Source: Acidimicrobiia bacterium (lineage in GTDB: Bacteria; Actinomycetota; Acidimicrobiia; IMCC26256; PALSA-555). Taken from it: a stretch of DNA of 42,034 bases. Below the pieces are notes generated by a model. It was not told where the DNA came from. It saw only the letters and a program-made list of their open reading frames with translations, and made no database searches. The position numbers were made by a program, and so were the translations under genes. Position 1 is the first letter of the stretch; each line of letters opens with the position of its first letter. Location of the stretch: assembly GCA_022865365.1 (NCBI GenBank), contig JALHSW010000079.1, positions 1-42,034 on the forward strand, given 5' to 3'. Of the stretch, positions 1-8,087 are shown in pieces.

Positions 1-1232
1 TCACAGTCCTCGAGGTGCGCGGCCACGAGGTCGAGCACCTCGTCGACCCGTTCTGTTGCGATCACCTTCTCCCACGCCTCGGGCACGATGGCGAAGTCCT
101 GCTCGGTGACAAAGAGGAAATCCATCTGGTCGAGCAGGGATCCCAGGGTCACGGCGCGTTCCTGACCGATCTGCAGGCCCTCTCGGAACAGCTCCGGGAC
201 GAGTTGGTCGCCGAACCGGGCCGTGGCAAGTGGCAGAGCCCGGGCCTCGAGCTCGGGGAGCGTGAAGCGGCGGATCCACTCCCCGTTCATCCAGTCGAGC
301 TTGGCGTGGTCGAACGCTGCCGCGGCGTGGGTGACGCCATCGAGCGAGAACGAGGCCACCACCTCGTCGATTGCCATCACCTCTCGCCCGTCGTCCGGCG
401 ACCAACCCAGCAGTGCCAGGTAGTTGCACACTGCCTCCGGGAGGTAGCCGGCGTCGTGGAACTCCTCGAGCGCGACGGCACCGTGGCGCTTCGACAGCTT
501 CGCCCGGTCGGCTCCCAGGATCAGCGGGAGGTGCGCGAACGTCGGCGCAGCACCGCCTCCCAGCGCCTCACGCAGGGCGAGCACACGGTGGGTGGAGTCG
601 ATCAGGTCCTCGCCACGGATGACATGGGTGATGTGCATCTCGAGGTCGTCGACCGCGTTCGCCAAGAAGAAGATCGGGCTGCCGTCGGCGCGCACGATCA
701 CGAAGTCCGGGATCGTCGACCATTCGACGCGCACGTCGCCGCGGACGGCGTCGACGAAGCTGCTCACGCCCTCGTCGGTAGTGCGGAAGCGGAGCGAGTG
801 CGAACGACCTGCTGCCGCCAGCTCGCCGCGCTCCTCGTGCGAGAGGTCGCGGCAGTGCCCGTCGTAGCCCGGCGGTCGACCGGCCTCTCGTGCCGCGTCG
901 TTGCGGGCCTTCACCTCGTCCTCGGTGCAGTAGCACTCATACGCACGGCCGCTCTCCCTGAGCGCCTCGGCGGCGACGCGGTACTCGGCGAAGCGCTCGC
1001 TCTGACGGACCGGGCCTTCGTCCCAGTCGAGCCCGAGCCAGCGGAGCGTGTCCTGGATCCCGACGACCCACTCGTCGCGGGAACGGGCCTGGTCCGTGTC
1101 CTCGATCCGCAGCACGAACACCCCGCCGTGGTGGCGGGCGAAGAGGTAGTTGAACAGGGCGGTTCGGGCCGACCCCACGTGCAGCGATCCTGTGGGCGCC
1201 GGCGAGAAGCGAACTCGCACCGGTCCGGCCAT
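1..1232 (-). CDS. gltX: glutamate--tRNA ligase (GluRS); 3' end lies beyond the left window edge
   Basis: It is absent from the ORF track because it has no stop codon inside the window. Hand translation of the minus strand from ATG 1232-1230 gives MAGPVRVRFSPAPTGSLHVGSARTALFNYLFARHHGGVFVLRIEDTD (class I HIGH motif as HVGS). Further on it gives LGADRAKLSKRHG (KMSKS motif, nt 518-480). The 763-aa plus-strand ORF 15..2306 is its antisense shadow. It starts 9 nt after the stop of the upstream dehydrogenase. Confidence 0.9.
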   Translation of the reverse strand, partial: MAGPVRVRFSPAPTGSLHVGSARTALFNYLFARHHGGVFVLRIEDTDQARSRDEWVVGIQDTLRWLGLDWDEGPVRQSERFAEYRVAAEALRESGRAYECYCTEDEVKARNDAAREAGRPPGYDGHCRDLSHEERGELAAAGRSHSLRFRTTDEGVSSFVDAVRGDVRVEWSTIPDFVIVRADGSPIFFLANAVDDLEMHITHVIRGEDLIDSTHRVLALREALGGGAAPTFAHLPLILGADRAKLSKRHGAVALEEFHDAGYLPEAVCNYLALLGWSPDDGREVMAIDEVVASFSLDGVTHAAAAFDHAKLDWMNGEWIRRFTLPELEARALPLATARFGDQLVPELFREGLQIGQERAVTLGSLLDQMDFLFVTEQDFAIVPEAWEKVIATERVDEVLDLVAAHLEDC

Positions 1233-1241
1233 CACAGAAGT

Positions 1242-2189
1242 CTACGAGCCGCTCGTCATCTCCTGGAGCAGGCGGCGGGCGATCACGATCCGCTGGATCT
1301 GGCTCGTGCCCTCGTAGATCTGGGTCACCTTCGCGTCGCGCATCATCCGCTCGAGGGGGAAGTCGCGGGTGTATCCGGCGCCGCCCAGGAGCTGCACGGC
1401 GTCGGTCGTCACCTGCATCGCCGTGTCGGACGCGAACAGCTTGGCCATCGCCGACGCCTTGGCCGTTCCCGGGGCGCCGACCTCGGCCATGGCGCAGGCT
1501 CGGTAGACGAGCAGGCGAGCCGCCTCGAGGCGGGTCGCCATGTCGGCGAGCATGAACTGGATCCCCTGGAACTCCGCGATCTTCGAGCCGAACTGCGCAC
1601 GCTCGGTTGTGTACTGCAGTGCAGCGTCGAGCGCGCCCTGCGCGATGCCGACCGCTTGAGCGCCCACGATCGGGCGGGAACCGTCGAGGGCCTCCATCGC
1701 GTACCCGAACCCCGCGCCCTCCTCGCCGATCAGGTGGGCGGCCGGTACCGCCACGTCGTCGAAGAGGAGCTCACCCGTCGGCGAGCCTCGCACGCCCATC
1801 TTCGTCTCGAGCTTGCCGACGCTGAACCCCGGCGAGTCGCGCTCGACGAGGAACGCGCTGATGCCGCGACTCCCCGCCTCGGCGTCGGTCTTCGCGAAGA
1901 CGGTGGCGAAGCTCGAGACGCCGGCGTTGGTGATCCAGGTCTTGCGCCCGTTCAGCACGTAGTGGTCGCCGTCGCGCACCGCGCGGGTGCTCATCGAGGC
2001 GACGTCGCTCCCAGCATGCGGCTCCGACAGGCAGTACGACCCCTGCCATTCACCAGTCGCGGCCTTCGGGACGACGCGGTAGCGCAGCTCGTCGGAGCCG
2101 TGGCCCAGGATGGCTGCACACGCGAGGCGGGTGATGAACACGAACAGCGACGAGGACGCACAGACTCGAGCGACCTCCTCGACGAGCAT
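1242..2189 (-). CDS. acyl-CoA dehydrogenase (FadE25-like); the ORF with a canonical start lacks the N-terminal ~70 residues
   Basis: ACAD hallmarks are present: CLSEPHAGSD, TWITNAG, and the C-terminal RDAKVTQIYEGTSQIQR. In-frame codons 2190-2312 are still ACAD-like (DHAEFPWKSCEAYRASGFIRLAYPVAYDGGDGVAYA). They contain no ATG/GTG/TTG and end at an in-frame TGA (2313-2315). See findings. Confidence 0.85.
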   Translation of the reverse strand: MLVEEVARVCASSSLFVFITRLACAAILGHGSDELRYRVVPKAATGEWQGSYCLSEPHAGSDVASMSTRAVRDGDHYVLNGRKTWITNAGVSSFATVFAKTDAEAGSRGISAFLVERDSPGFSVGKLETKMGVRGSPTGELLFDDVAVPAAHLIGEEGAGFGYAMEALDGSRPIVGAQAVGIAQGALDAALQYTTERAQFGSKIAEFQGIQFMLADMATRLEAARLLVYRACAMAEVGAPGTAKASAMAKLFASDTAMQVTTDAVQLLGGAGYTRDFPLERMMRDAKVTQIYEGTSQIQRIVIARRLLQEMTSGS

Positions 2190-2312
2190 GGCGTAGGCAA
2201 CGCCGTCGCCGCCGTCGTACGCGACCGGGTACGCCAGCCGGATGAATCCCGACGCCCGGTACGCCTCGCACGACTTCCACGGGAACTCGGCGTGGTCAAG
2301 GGGTGATGGGGG

Positions 2313-2870
2313 TCACGGGGTGAGGGTCGCGAGCTCGCGCTCGGCCGCCGTGCGGAGCTCGAGGCGCACAACCTCGACCCGCGGCGCGAGCGCTTGGGGC
2401 GCGAGCCGCAAGGCATCGAGGGGCACCGCGTCGCAGAACACGCGACGGCGTGGGTACTCATGGTGTGCTCCCTCGATCTCCTGCGCGCGCCATTCGGCGA
2501 AGTCGGGGGCGCAGCCACCCTGGTAGCCCAGCACGAGCATGGCGCACTCGATGTCGGGCATCACCGGTGCCCGTCCGTACGACGACGCTCGCTTCATGGC
2601 AATCTCACCCACGACCGCGCTCGCGTCGTCGATGTGCTCGTGCGGTGCGAGCGCGATCCGGTCCTGGGCCCGGTGCACCAGCGCGAGCGCGTACCCGATG
2701 TTCGGTCCGGGCGAACCGAGCATCTCGCCACGCGGCTGGCCGCCGTGCAGGTCGCCGGGGCGGTCGGCCGTCCAGTGCTGCGCCGGCGGCAACGTCACGC
2801 CGGGCGCGAGATTCTGTTGCTGGCGCGGCGCGTCGCCCTTGCTCGGCACGACGAACGGATCGGTCGGCAT
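2313..2870 (-). CDS. hypothetical protein (185 aa); its last ~37 codons resemble an ACAD N-terminus
   Basis: The ORF comes from the track. Its ATG (2870-2868) overlaps the cimA stop by 1 nt (TGATG), which implies translational coupling. I recognise no family for the first ~148 residues. It is in the same frame as the downstream dehydrogenase. Confidence 0.5.
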   Translation of the reverse strand: MPTDPFVVPSKGDAPRQQQNLAPGVTLPPAQHWTADRPGDLHGGQPRGEMLGSPGPNIGYALALVHRAQDRIALAPHEHIDDASAVVGEIAMKRASSYGRAPVMPDIECAMLVLGYQGGCAPDFAEWRAQEIEGAHHEYPRRRVFCDAVPLDALRLAPQALAPRVEVVRLELRTAAERELATLTP

Positions 2871-4558
2871 CAGTGCTCTCCTCGGTCAGGCATTCCATCG
2901 GTGGTGGCCCGATCTGTGCCGGCCTGATCGGTGGCGGCCTGCTGGAGCAGCCCGAACACGAGCGAATCGTAGAGCGCCTGCCACGAGGCCTCGATGATGT
3001 TCTCGCTGACCCCGATCGTGGTCCACGTGCGATCACCGTTCGTGCTGTCGATGAGCACGCGCGTGATGGCGCCCGTCCCCTTCTGCGTGTCGAGGACACG
3101 AACCTTGTAGTCGGTGAGGTGCACCCGCTCGAGCCCCGGGCATCGATCGCCGATCGCGCGCCGCAGTGCCGTGTCGAGTGCGTTCACGGGCCCGTTGCCC
3201 TCGGCGGTCGCGACGACCCGTTCGCCGTCGGCATGCACCTTGATGGTCGCCTCCGTGGACACCCCACCTGTCGTCTCGCCGACTTGGACATCGGGCGACT
3301 GGAGATCGTCGGTGATCACCCGGAACGACTCGACGCGGAACCAGGGCTGCTCCCAACCGGTGGCCCGTCGCATCAGCAGCTCGAGCGAGGCGTCGGCCAC
3401 TTCGAAGTGGTAGCCCTCGTGCTCCATCCGCTTGAGCGTGTCGACGATCTCGTTCGCCTGGGGCGCGTCGACCTCGAGCCCGAGCTCGGCGGCCTTGAGC
3501 ATGACCGTCGACTTCCCTGCCATCTCCGAGACGACGAAGCGGGTTCCGTTGCCCACCGCAGCCGGCGAGACGTGCTCGTAGGCGTCGGACCGCTTGGCGA
3601 TGGCGCTCATGTGGAGCCCTGCCTTGTGCGCGAACGCCGATTCACCCACGTATGCGGCTTGCGGGTTCAACGCCATGTTCACGAGCTCGGCGACGTGGTG
3701 TGCGACCGGCGTGAGGCGCTCCATGCGATCGGCCGGGATCGTCTCGATCCCCATCTTCAGTGAGAGGTTGGGGATGATCGTCGTGAGGTTGCAGTTCCCG
3801 GTGCGCTCGCCGTAGCCGTTGATCGTCCCCTGCACCTGGCTCGCACCGGCGCGAACACCAGCCAGCGCGTTCGCGACACCCGTACCTGCATCGTCATGGA
3901 GATGCACGGAGATGGCAACGTCTCCCCTGAAGTACTCGACGACCTCGCGCACGATGCGCTCCACCTCGTCGGGGAGGGTGCCGCCGTTGGTGTCGCACAG
4001 CACCAGGTGCGACGCACCCCGCTCCGCCGCACCTTCGAGCACGCGCAGAGAGAACTCGGGGCTGCGCCGGTACCCGTCGAAGAAGTGCTCGGCGTCGAAG
4101 AGCACCCCGAGACCCTGACCCCGCAGGAACTCGACCGAGTCGGCCACCATCGCGACGCCTTCGTCGAGGGTCGTTCCGAGCGCCTCCGTCACGTGGTAGT
4201 CCCAGGCCTTGCCCACGATGCACACGGTCGAGGTCCCCGCCTCGACGAGCTGGCGGAGCGTGTCGTCGGAGTCGACCTTGCCCTTGGCCCGGCGCGTCGA
4301 TCCGAACGCGACGAGTGTGCTCGTGCCGAGCGTGAGCTCACGCGTGGCTCGCCGGAAGACCTCGTCGTCCTTCGGGTTCGCGCCCGGCCAGCCGGCCTCG
4401 ATGTAGTCGACGCCGAGCCAGTCGAGCTGTTCTGCGATGCGGAGCTTGTCGTCGACGGTCAGGGAGATGCCCTCGAGCTGCGAGCCATCACGCAGCGTCG
4501 TGTCGTAGATCTCGACGCGCCTGGTTGTGTTCGTCGCCGCGTCACCGGTCATTGGCAT
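2870..4558 (-). CDS. cimA: (R)-citramalate synthase / LeuA-family long-form synthase
   Basis: Motifs VEIYDTTLRDGSQLEGISL, YIEAGWPGANPKD and HLHDDAGTGVANALAG, plus a C-terminal LeuA-dimer-like regulatory domain. I recall this pattern as the citramalate synthase (CimA) subfamily. The start was moved from the track's 4756 to ATG 4558 (MPMTGDAATN; ATG 4552 is an alternative) because the upstream part overlaps ilvE in another frame and is Arg/Ser junk. Confidence 0.8.
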   Translation of the reverse strand: MPMTGDAATNTTRRVEIYDTTLRDGSQLEGISLTVDDKLRIAEQLDWLGVDYIEAGWPGANPKDDEVFRRATRELTLGTSTLVAFGSTRRAKGKVDSDDTLRQLVEAGTSTVCIVGKAWDYHVTEALGTTLDEGVAMVADSVEFLRGQGLGVLFDAEHFFDGYRRSPEFSLRVLEGAAERGASHLVLCDTNGGTLPDEVERIVREVVEYFRGDVAISVHLHDDAGTGVANALAGVRAGASQVQGTINGYGERTGNCNLTTIIPNLSLKMGIETIPADRMERLTPVAHHVAELVNMALNPQAAYVGESAFAHKAGLHMSAIAKRSDAYEHVSPAAVGNGTRFVVSEMAGKSTVMLKAAELGLEVDAPQANEIVDTLKRMEHEGYHFEVADASLELLMRRATGWEQPWFRVESFRVITDDLQSPDVQVGETTGGVSTEATIKVHADGERVVATAEGNGPVNALDTALRRAIGDRCPGLERVHLTDYKVRVLDTQKGTGAITRVLIDSTNGDRTWTTIGVSENIIEASWQALYDSLVFGLLQQAATDQAGTDRATTDGMPDRGEH

Positions 4559-5465
4559 ACTCCAGCCAGTCCGCGTACTTCTCGACCTGGCCGTGCACGG
4601 CCGCGAAGTACGACTCCTGGATCTTGCGCGTGATCTCGCCCGGGTCACCGATCTCGTGGTCGTCGACCTCTCGGATCGGCACGACCTCGGCGGCAGTCCC
4701 GCACAGGAACGCCTCCTCGGCCAGGTACAGGTCGGTGCGCAGCAGCTCCTGTTCACGTACCTCGTAGCCGAAGTCGCGCGCGATGGTCATCACCGAGTCG
4801 CGCGTGAGGCCTTCGAGCGCGCCCGACGAGAGCGGCGGCGTGAGCAGGACGCCGTCCTTGACGACGAAGACGTTCTCTCCCGTCGCCTCGGAGACCGATC
4901 CCTGGGTGTTGAGCAGGATCGCCTCGTCGTAGCCGCCGTGGAGCGCCTCGACCTTGGCGAGGCTCGAGTTGACGTAGATACCGGTGCCCTTGGCCGCGAC
5001 CGGGTTGATGTTCGGGTCCATGCGACGCCAGGTCGAGATCTTCATGCGCACGCCGCGCTCGATCCCCTCGTCGCCCAGGTACGTGCCCCAGGGCCAGACC
5101 GCGATCGACACCTGCACCGGGCACGGCAGTGGGTTGAGGCCCATCTCGCCGTAGCCGAGATACGCGAGCGGGCGGATGTAGCACGAGTCCACCTCGCACG
5201 CCCGGATCGTCGCCTTGGTCGCCTCGACCAGCTCCTCCACCGAGTACGGGATCTCCATGTAGAGCAGGGACGCCGAGTCGTGCAACCGGCGCATGTGGTC
5301 GGTCAGGCGGAACACCGCGGGCCCGCGCGACGTGGGGTACGCGCGGATCCCCTCGAAGACGCCAGAGCCGTAGTGCAGGGTGTGCGTGAGCACGTGGATC
5401 TTGGCGTCGTCCCAGTCGACGAGCTCGCCGTCCATCCAGATCTTGTTCGTCTTCTCGATCGGCAT
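4542..5465 (-). CDS. ilvE: branched-chain amino acid aminotransferase
   Basis: Motifs IWMDGELVDWDDAKIHVLTHTLHYGSGVFEGIRAY and EATGENVFVVKDGVLLTPP. The start is set at ATG 5465 (MPIEKTNKIW), preceded by AGGAGA 5-6 nt upstream. The 3' end overlaps the cimA start by 11-17 nt. Confidence 0.9.
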   Translation of the reverse strand: MPIEKTNKIWMDGELVDWDDAKIHVLTHTLHYGSGVFEGIRAYPTSRGPAVFRLTDHMRRLHDSASLLYMEIPYSVEELVEATKATIRACEVDSCYIRPLAYLGYGEMGLNPLPCPVQVSIAVWPWGTYLGDEGIERGVRMKISTWRRMDPNINPVAAKGTGIYVNSSLAKVEALHGGYDEAILLNTQGSVSEATGENVFVVKDGVLLTPPLSSGALEGLTRDSVMTIARDFGYEVREQELLRTDLYLAEEAFLCGTAAEVVPIREVDDHEIGDPGEITRKIQESYFAAVHGQVEKYADWLEYANDR

Positions 5466-5481
5466 GGGAACTCTCCTGTAC

Positions 5482-6480
5482 CTAGGCCTGCACGCGTTCG
5501 GCGATTGCATCGCCGAGCTCGCTCGTGGTTCCGGTCATGTCTTCCGAATTCGCGACAGCGTCGCGTACTCGCTGCGCCGCTTCGGTCTCACCGAGGAAGT
5601 CCAGCATCATCACCGCGGAGGTGATCGCAGCCCGTGGATCCGCCTTCCCCGTCCCGGCGATGTCGGGGGCCGAGCCGTGGACCGGCTCGAAGAGCGACGG
5701 GCCGCTGCGGTCGGGGTTCAGGTTTGCCGACGCGGCCCGACCGATGCCCCCGGAGATCGCGCCGCCGAGGTCGGTGAGGATGTCGCCGAAAAGGTTGTCG
5801 GTCACGATGACGTCGTAGCGGCCAGGGTCCTGCACCAAGTAGATGCATGCAGCGTCGACATGGTGATACGCGGTCCCGGTCCTGGGGAACTCCGTCGCGA
5901 CGATCCCGAAGGTCCGCTCCCAGAGATCGCCCGCAAAGGTGAGCACGTTCGTCTTGTGCACGAGGGTCACGTGGTTGCGCTCACGGGCCTGCGCCAGTTC
6001 AAACGCGTGGCGGACGCACCGCTCGACACCGAACCGCGTGTTGACCGAGCCCTGCGTTGCGACCTCACGAGGCGTGCCCTTGCGCAGGAAGCCGCCCTCA
6101 CCAGCGTAGGTGCCCTCGGTGTTCTCACGCACCACGATCATGTCGACGCCGTCGTTCAGCGCGCTGGATCCGGCAACGAACGGTCGGACGTTGGCGTACA
6201 AATCGAGCTCGAAGCGCAGCCGCAGCAGCAACCCGCGCTCGATGACACCGGGCGGGACGTCGGGCGTACCCACCGCACCGAGCATGACCGCGTCGCAGCC
6301 CCGGATCGCTTCGAGGTCGGCGTCGGGGAGCACCTCGCCGTCGCGGAGGTACCGGGCGCCGCCCAGGTCGAACGCGACCGGCGTGTACTCGACGCCGGCG
6401 GCGTCGAGCACCTTCATGGCCTCGGCCACGACCTCGGGACCGATCCCGTCGCCGCCGATGATGCCGATCCTGTGCGCCAC
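5482..6480 (-). CDS. leuB: 3-isopropylmalate dehydrogenase
   Basis: Motifs [13 protein letters not shown] and [15 protein letters not shown]. The start is set at GTG 6480 ([10 protein letters not shown]) with AGGAG about 8 nt upstream. The track's longer start at 6531 runs into the terminator-like hairpin. Confidence 0.9.
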   Translation of the reverse strand: MAHRIGIIGGDGIGPEVVAEAMKVLDAAGVEYTPVAFDLGGARYLRDGEVLPDADLEAIRGCDAVMLGAVGTPDVPPGVIERGLLLRLRFELDLYANVRPFVAGSSALNDGVDMIVVRENTEGTYAGEGGFLRKGTPREVATQGSVNTRFGVERCVRHAFELAQARERNHVTLVHKTNVLTFAGDLWERTFGIVATEFPRTGTAYHHVDAACIYLVQDPGRYDVIVTDNLFGDILTDLGGAISGGIGRAASANLNPDRSGPSLFEPVHGSAPDIAGTGKADPRAAITSAVMMLDFLGETEAAQRVRDAVANSEDMTGTTSELGDAIAERVQA

Positions 6481-6518
6481 GCTGCTGCTCCTGGTCCTGA
6501 CGACTTCACGACACAATG

Positions 6519-6543
6519 AAAAACCGCCCACCGAAGTGGACGG
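6519..6543 (-). terminator. intrinsic terminator-like hairpin with UUCG tetraloop and U5 tract
   Basis: The minus strand reads CCGUCCAC-UUCG-GUGGGCGG (8 bp including one G-U pair), followed by UUUUU. It ends 38 nt upstream of the leuB GTG and about 145 nt downstream of the EamA gene stop. Confidence 0.5.
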
Positions 6544-6574
6544 TCGAGAGCGAACGCCGGTGGTCCGGCGCTCG

Positions 6575-6607
6575 CTAGGAAATGACGATGACGGTCAGGT
6601 GCGTCAT
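6575..6607 (-). CDS. candidate leader peptide [10 protein letters not shown] (Leu/Thr/Val/Ile-rich)
   Basis: The ORF reads ATG ACG CAC CTG ACC GTC ATC GTC ATT TCC TAG. Six of ten codons specify Leu, Val, Ile or Thr. The ATG overlaps the stop of an SD-driven upstream mini-ORF. It has no SD of its own. Confidence 0.4.
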   Translation of the reverse strand: MTHLTVIVIS

Positions 6608-6686
6608 GAGGCACCCATGTTCGCAGGCGTTCCGAGGACGGTCAAACCAGTACTCCTTCCCCCCTTGCTCCGCATTGGGCGATTGC

Positions 6687-7550
6687 TCAGGTGGCGGCGA
6701 TCAGGACAACGGCCCCGGCGGCGAGGACGATGCCGAAGATCTGGTGACGGGCCAACCGCTCCCCCAGGAAGATCTGCGCCAACGCGATCGTGCTCGCCGG
6801 GTACAACGAAGTCACGACCGCCACGAGGGCGAGGAGCCCCGAGCGGTTCGCGACCAGGAACAGCGCGTTGGCCGACATGTCGAGCAGTCCTGTCCCAACC
6901 GTCATCACACGCGCGTTCCGGGCTGGGAGCGCCGCGTGGCTGGTCGCGACCGCCACGACGACCGCGACCACGAAGGTGACCGACCGTGACGCCACGAGGG
7001 GCCACAATCCCGCGTCGTCCCCCGTGCGGTCGAGGAGGACGAAGAAGCCACCGAAGCCGAGCCCGGCGCCGAGGGCGAGCACGAACGCCCGGCCTCGATC
7101 CCCGCTCACCTGCTCCCTCGCTCCGGCGGCCTCGCGCGACAGCAACGCCACGGCGACGATCGCCAGCGCGACACCGACAAGGGCGAGGCCTCCGGGGCGC
7201 TCCCCGAGCAGCAACCCTGCGACGACGGGAACGACGGCACCCGTCACCGCGGCGACCGGTGCCACGACGCTCATGACGCCGGTCGCGAGCGCCCGGTAGA
7301 AGAGCATCACGCCGATCCCACCCGACACGCCGCCGGCAGCGCCCCACGCGAGATCGGCGCCGGTCGGTTCGGAGGGGAACACCCACACGAGGACGAGCAG
7401 GAGCGCTACACCGATGACCGATGACATCGCGACGACGCCGAGCGAGCTCCCCGACCGCTTGGTGGCGATACCCCCCAAGAAATCTCCCGCGCCGTAGGTG
7501 AGCGCCGCCGCCAGCGCGAGCACGAAGATCACCACGGCATCATCGCCCAC
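6687..7550 (-). CDS. EamA/DMT-family transporter
   Basis: About 10 hydrophobic segments rich in Gly/Ala/Val, with a duplicated EamA-like architecture (TYGAGDFLGG near the N-terminus). The start was moved to GTG 7550 (VGDDAVVIFVLAL) because the track's N-terminal 82 residues overlap greA and are Ser/Cys/Arg junk. Confidence 0.75.
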   Translation of the reverse strand: MGDDAVVIFVLALAAALTYGAGDFLGGIATKRSGSSLGVVAMSSVIGVALLLVLVWVFPSEPTGADLAWGAAGGVSGGIGVMLFYRALATGVMSVVAPVAAVTGAVVPVVAGLLLGERPGGLALVGVALAIVAVALLSREAAGAREQVSGDRGRAFVLALGAGLGFGGFFVLLDRTGDDAGLWPLVASRSVTFVVAVVVAVATSHAALPARNARVMTVGTGLLDMSANALFLVANRSGLLALVAVVTSLYPASTIALAQIFLGERLARHQIFGIVLAAGAVVLIAAT

Positions 7551-7590
7551 ACTCAGCCGATCGCGAGCAGCGTGCGGGTACGATTCCCTG

Positions 7591-8085
7591 GTGGACGAGC
7601 AGCCTTCCCATGGCGATGAACAGCACTTCTCGCGCGACGCGTACGAACGCCTGCGCAAGGAGCACGAATGGCGCTCCGGTGAGCGCAGGAGCGAGATCTC
7701 GCAGTGGATCGAGCGCGCGCGCGAGCACGGCGACATCCGCGAGAACGCGGACTTCGACGCCGCGAAGAACGAACAGGGACTGAACGAGGGCCGCATCCGT
7801 CACCTCAACCAGATGCTCAAGGCCGCCGTCGTCGTCGACAACTCCGACACCGACGTCGTCACCCCGGGCTCGGTCGTCGAGATCCGCATGAACGGCGACG
7901 ACGACACCACGCTGTACCTCGTCGGGTCGATCGAAGAGCGCCACGACACCTATGACGTGCTCTCGTCGTCGTCACCGCTCGGGAAGGTCCTGCTCGGCAC
8001 GAAGCCGGGCGACACCGTCGAGTTCGAAGGACCGCGTCGCAGTTTTGAGGTCGAGGTCGTGAGCGTCCGGTCCGTCGACGCCTGA
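7591..8085 (+). CDS. greA: transcription elongation factor GreA
   Basis: Motifs SRDAYERLRKEHE and AREHGDIRENADFDAAKNEQG, plus a C-terminal FKBP-like domain (VTPGSVVEI...LGKVLLGTKPGD). The start is set at in-frame GTG 7591, giving 164 aa, a typical GreA length. Confidence 0.9.
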   Translation: MDEQPSHGDEQHFSRDAYERLRKEHEWRSGERRSEISQWIERAREHGDIRENADFDAAKNEQGLNEGRIRHLNQMLKAAVVVDNSDTDVVTPGSVVEIRMNGDDDTTLYLVGSIEERHDTYDVLSSSSPLGKVLLGTKPGDTVEFEGPRRSFEVEVVSVRSVDA

Positions 8086-8087
8086 CC

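Larger units (their letters stand above)
6519..6660 (-). promoter_or_regulatory. candidate ribosome-mediated attenuator (leader region) of the leuB-ilvE-cimA string
   Basis: On the minus strand, a GGAAGGAG SD (6660-6653) lies 7 nt before a TTG-initiated 13-codon uORF (6645..6604). The stop of that uORF overlaps (ATGA) the ATG of a 10-codon u[13 protein letters not shown] (6607..6575). A 12-bp hairpin (6576-6565 / 6560-6549) starts inside the TAG of the second uORF. It is followed by a terminator-like hairpin with a U5 tract (6543..6519). Confidence 0.45.

Noticed and set aside
15-2306. 763-aa plus-strand ORF, the longest ORF at the left end
   Set aside because: Its composition (runs of D/E/V/L/R/H/G) is typical of an antisense shadow. 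It lies exactly opposite two minus-strand genes with unambiguous family motifs (gltX and the acyl-CoA dehydrogenase).
2280-2315. Selenocysteine or recoded TGA in the acyl-CoA dehydrogenase. A small hairpin, CCACG-n9-CGTGG, lies about 17 nt downstream of the TGA.
   Set aside because: The position is a variable, non-catalytic residue in ACADs. The hairpin has only 5 bp and lacks SECIS-like features. TGA is used as an ordinary stop by many genes in this window. A nonsense mutation or sequencing error is more parsimonious, and the anomaly itself is reported as a finding.
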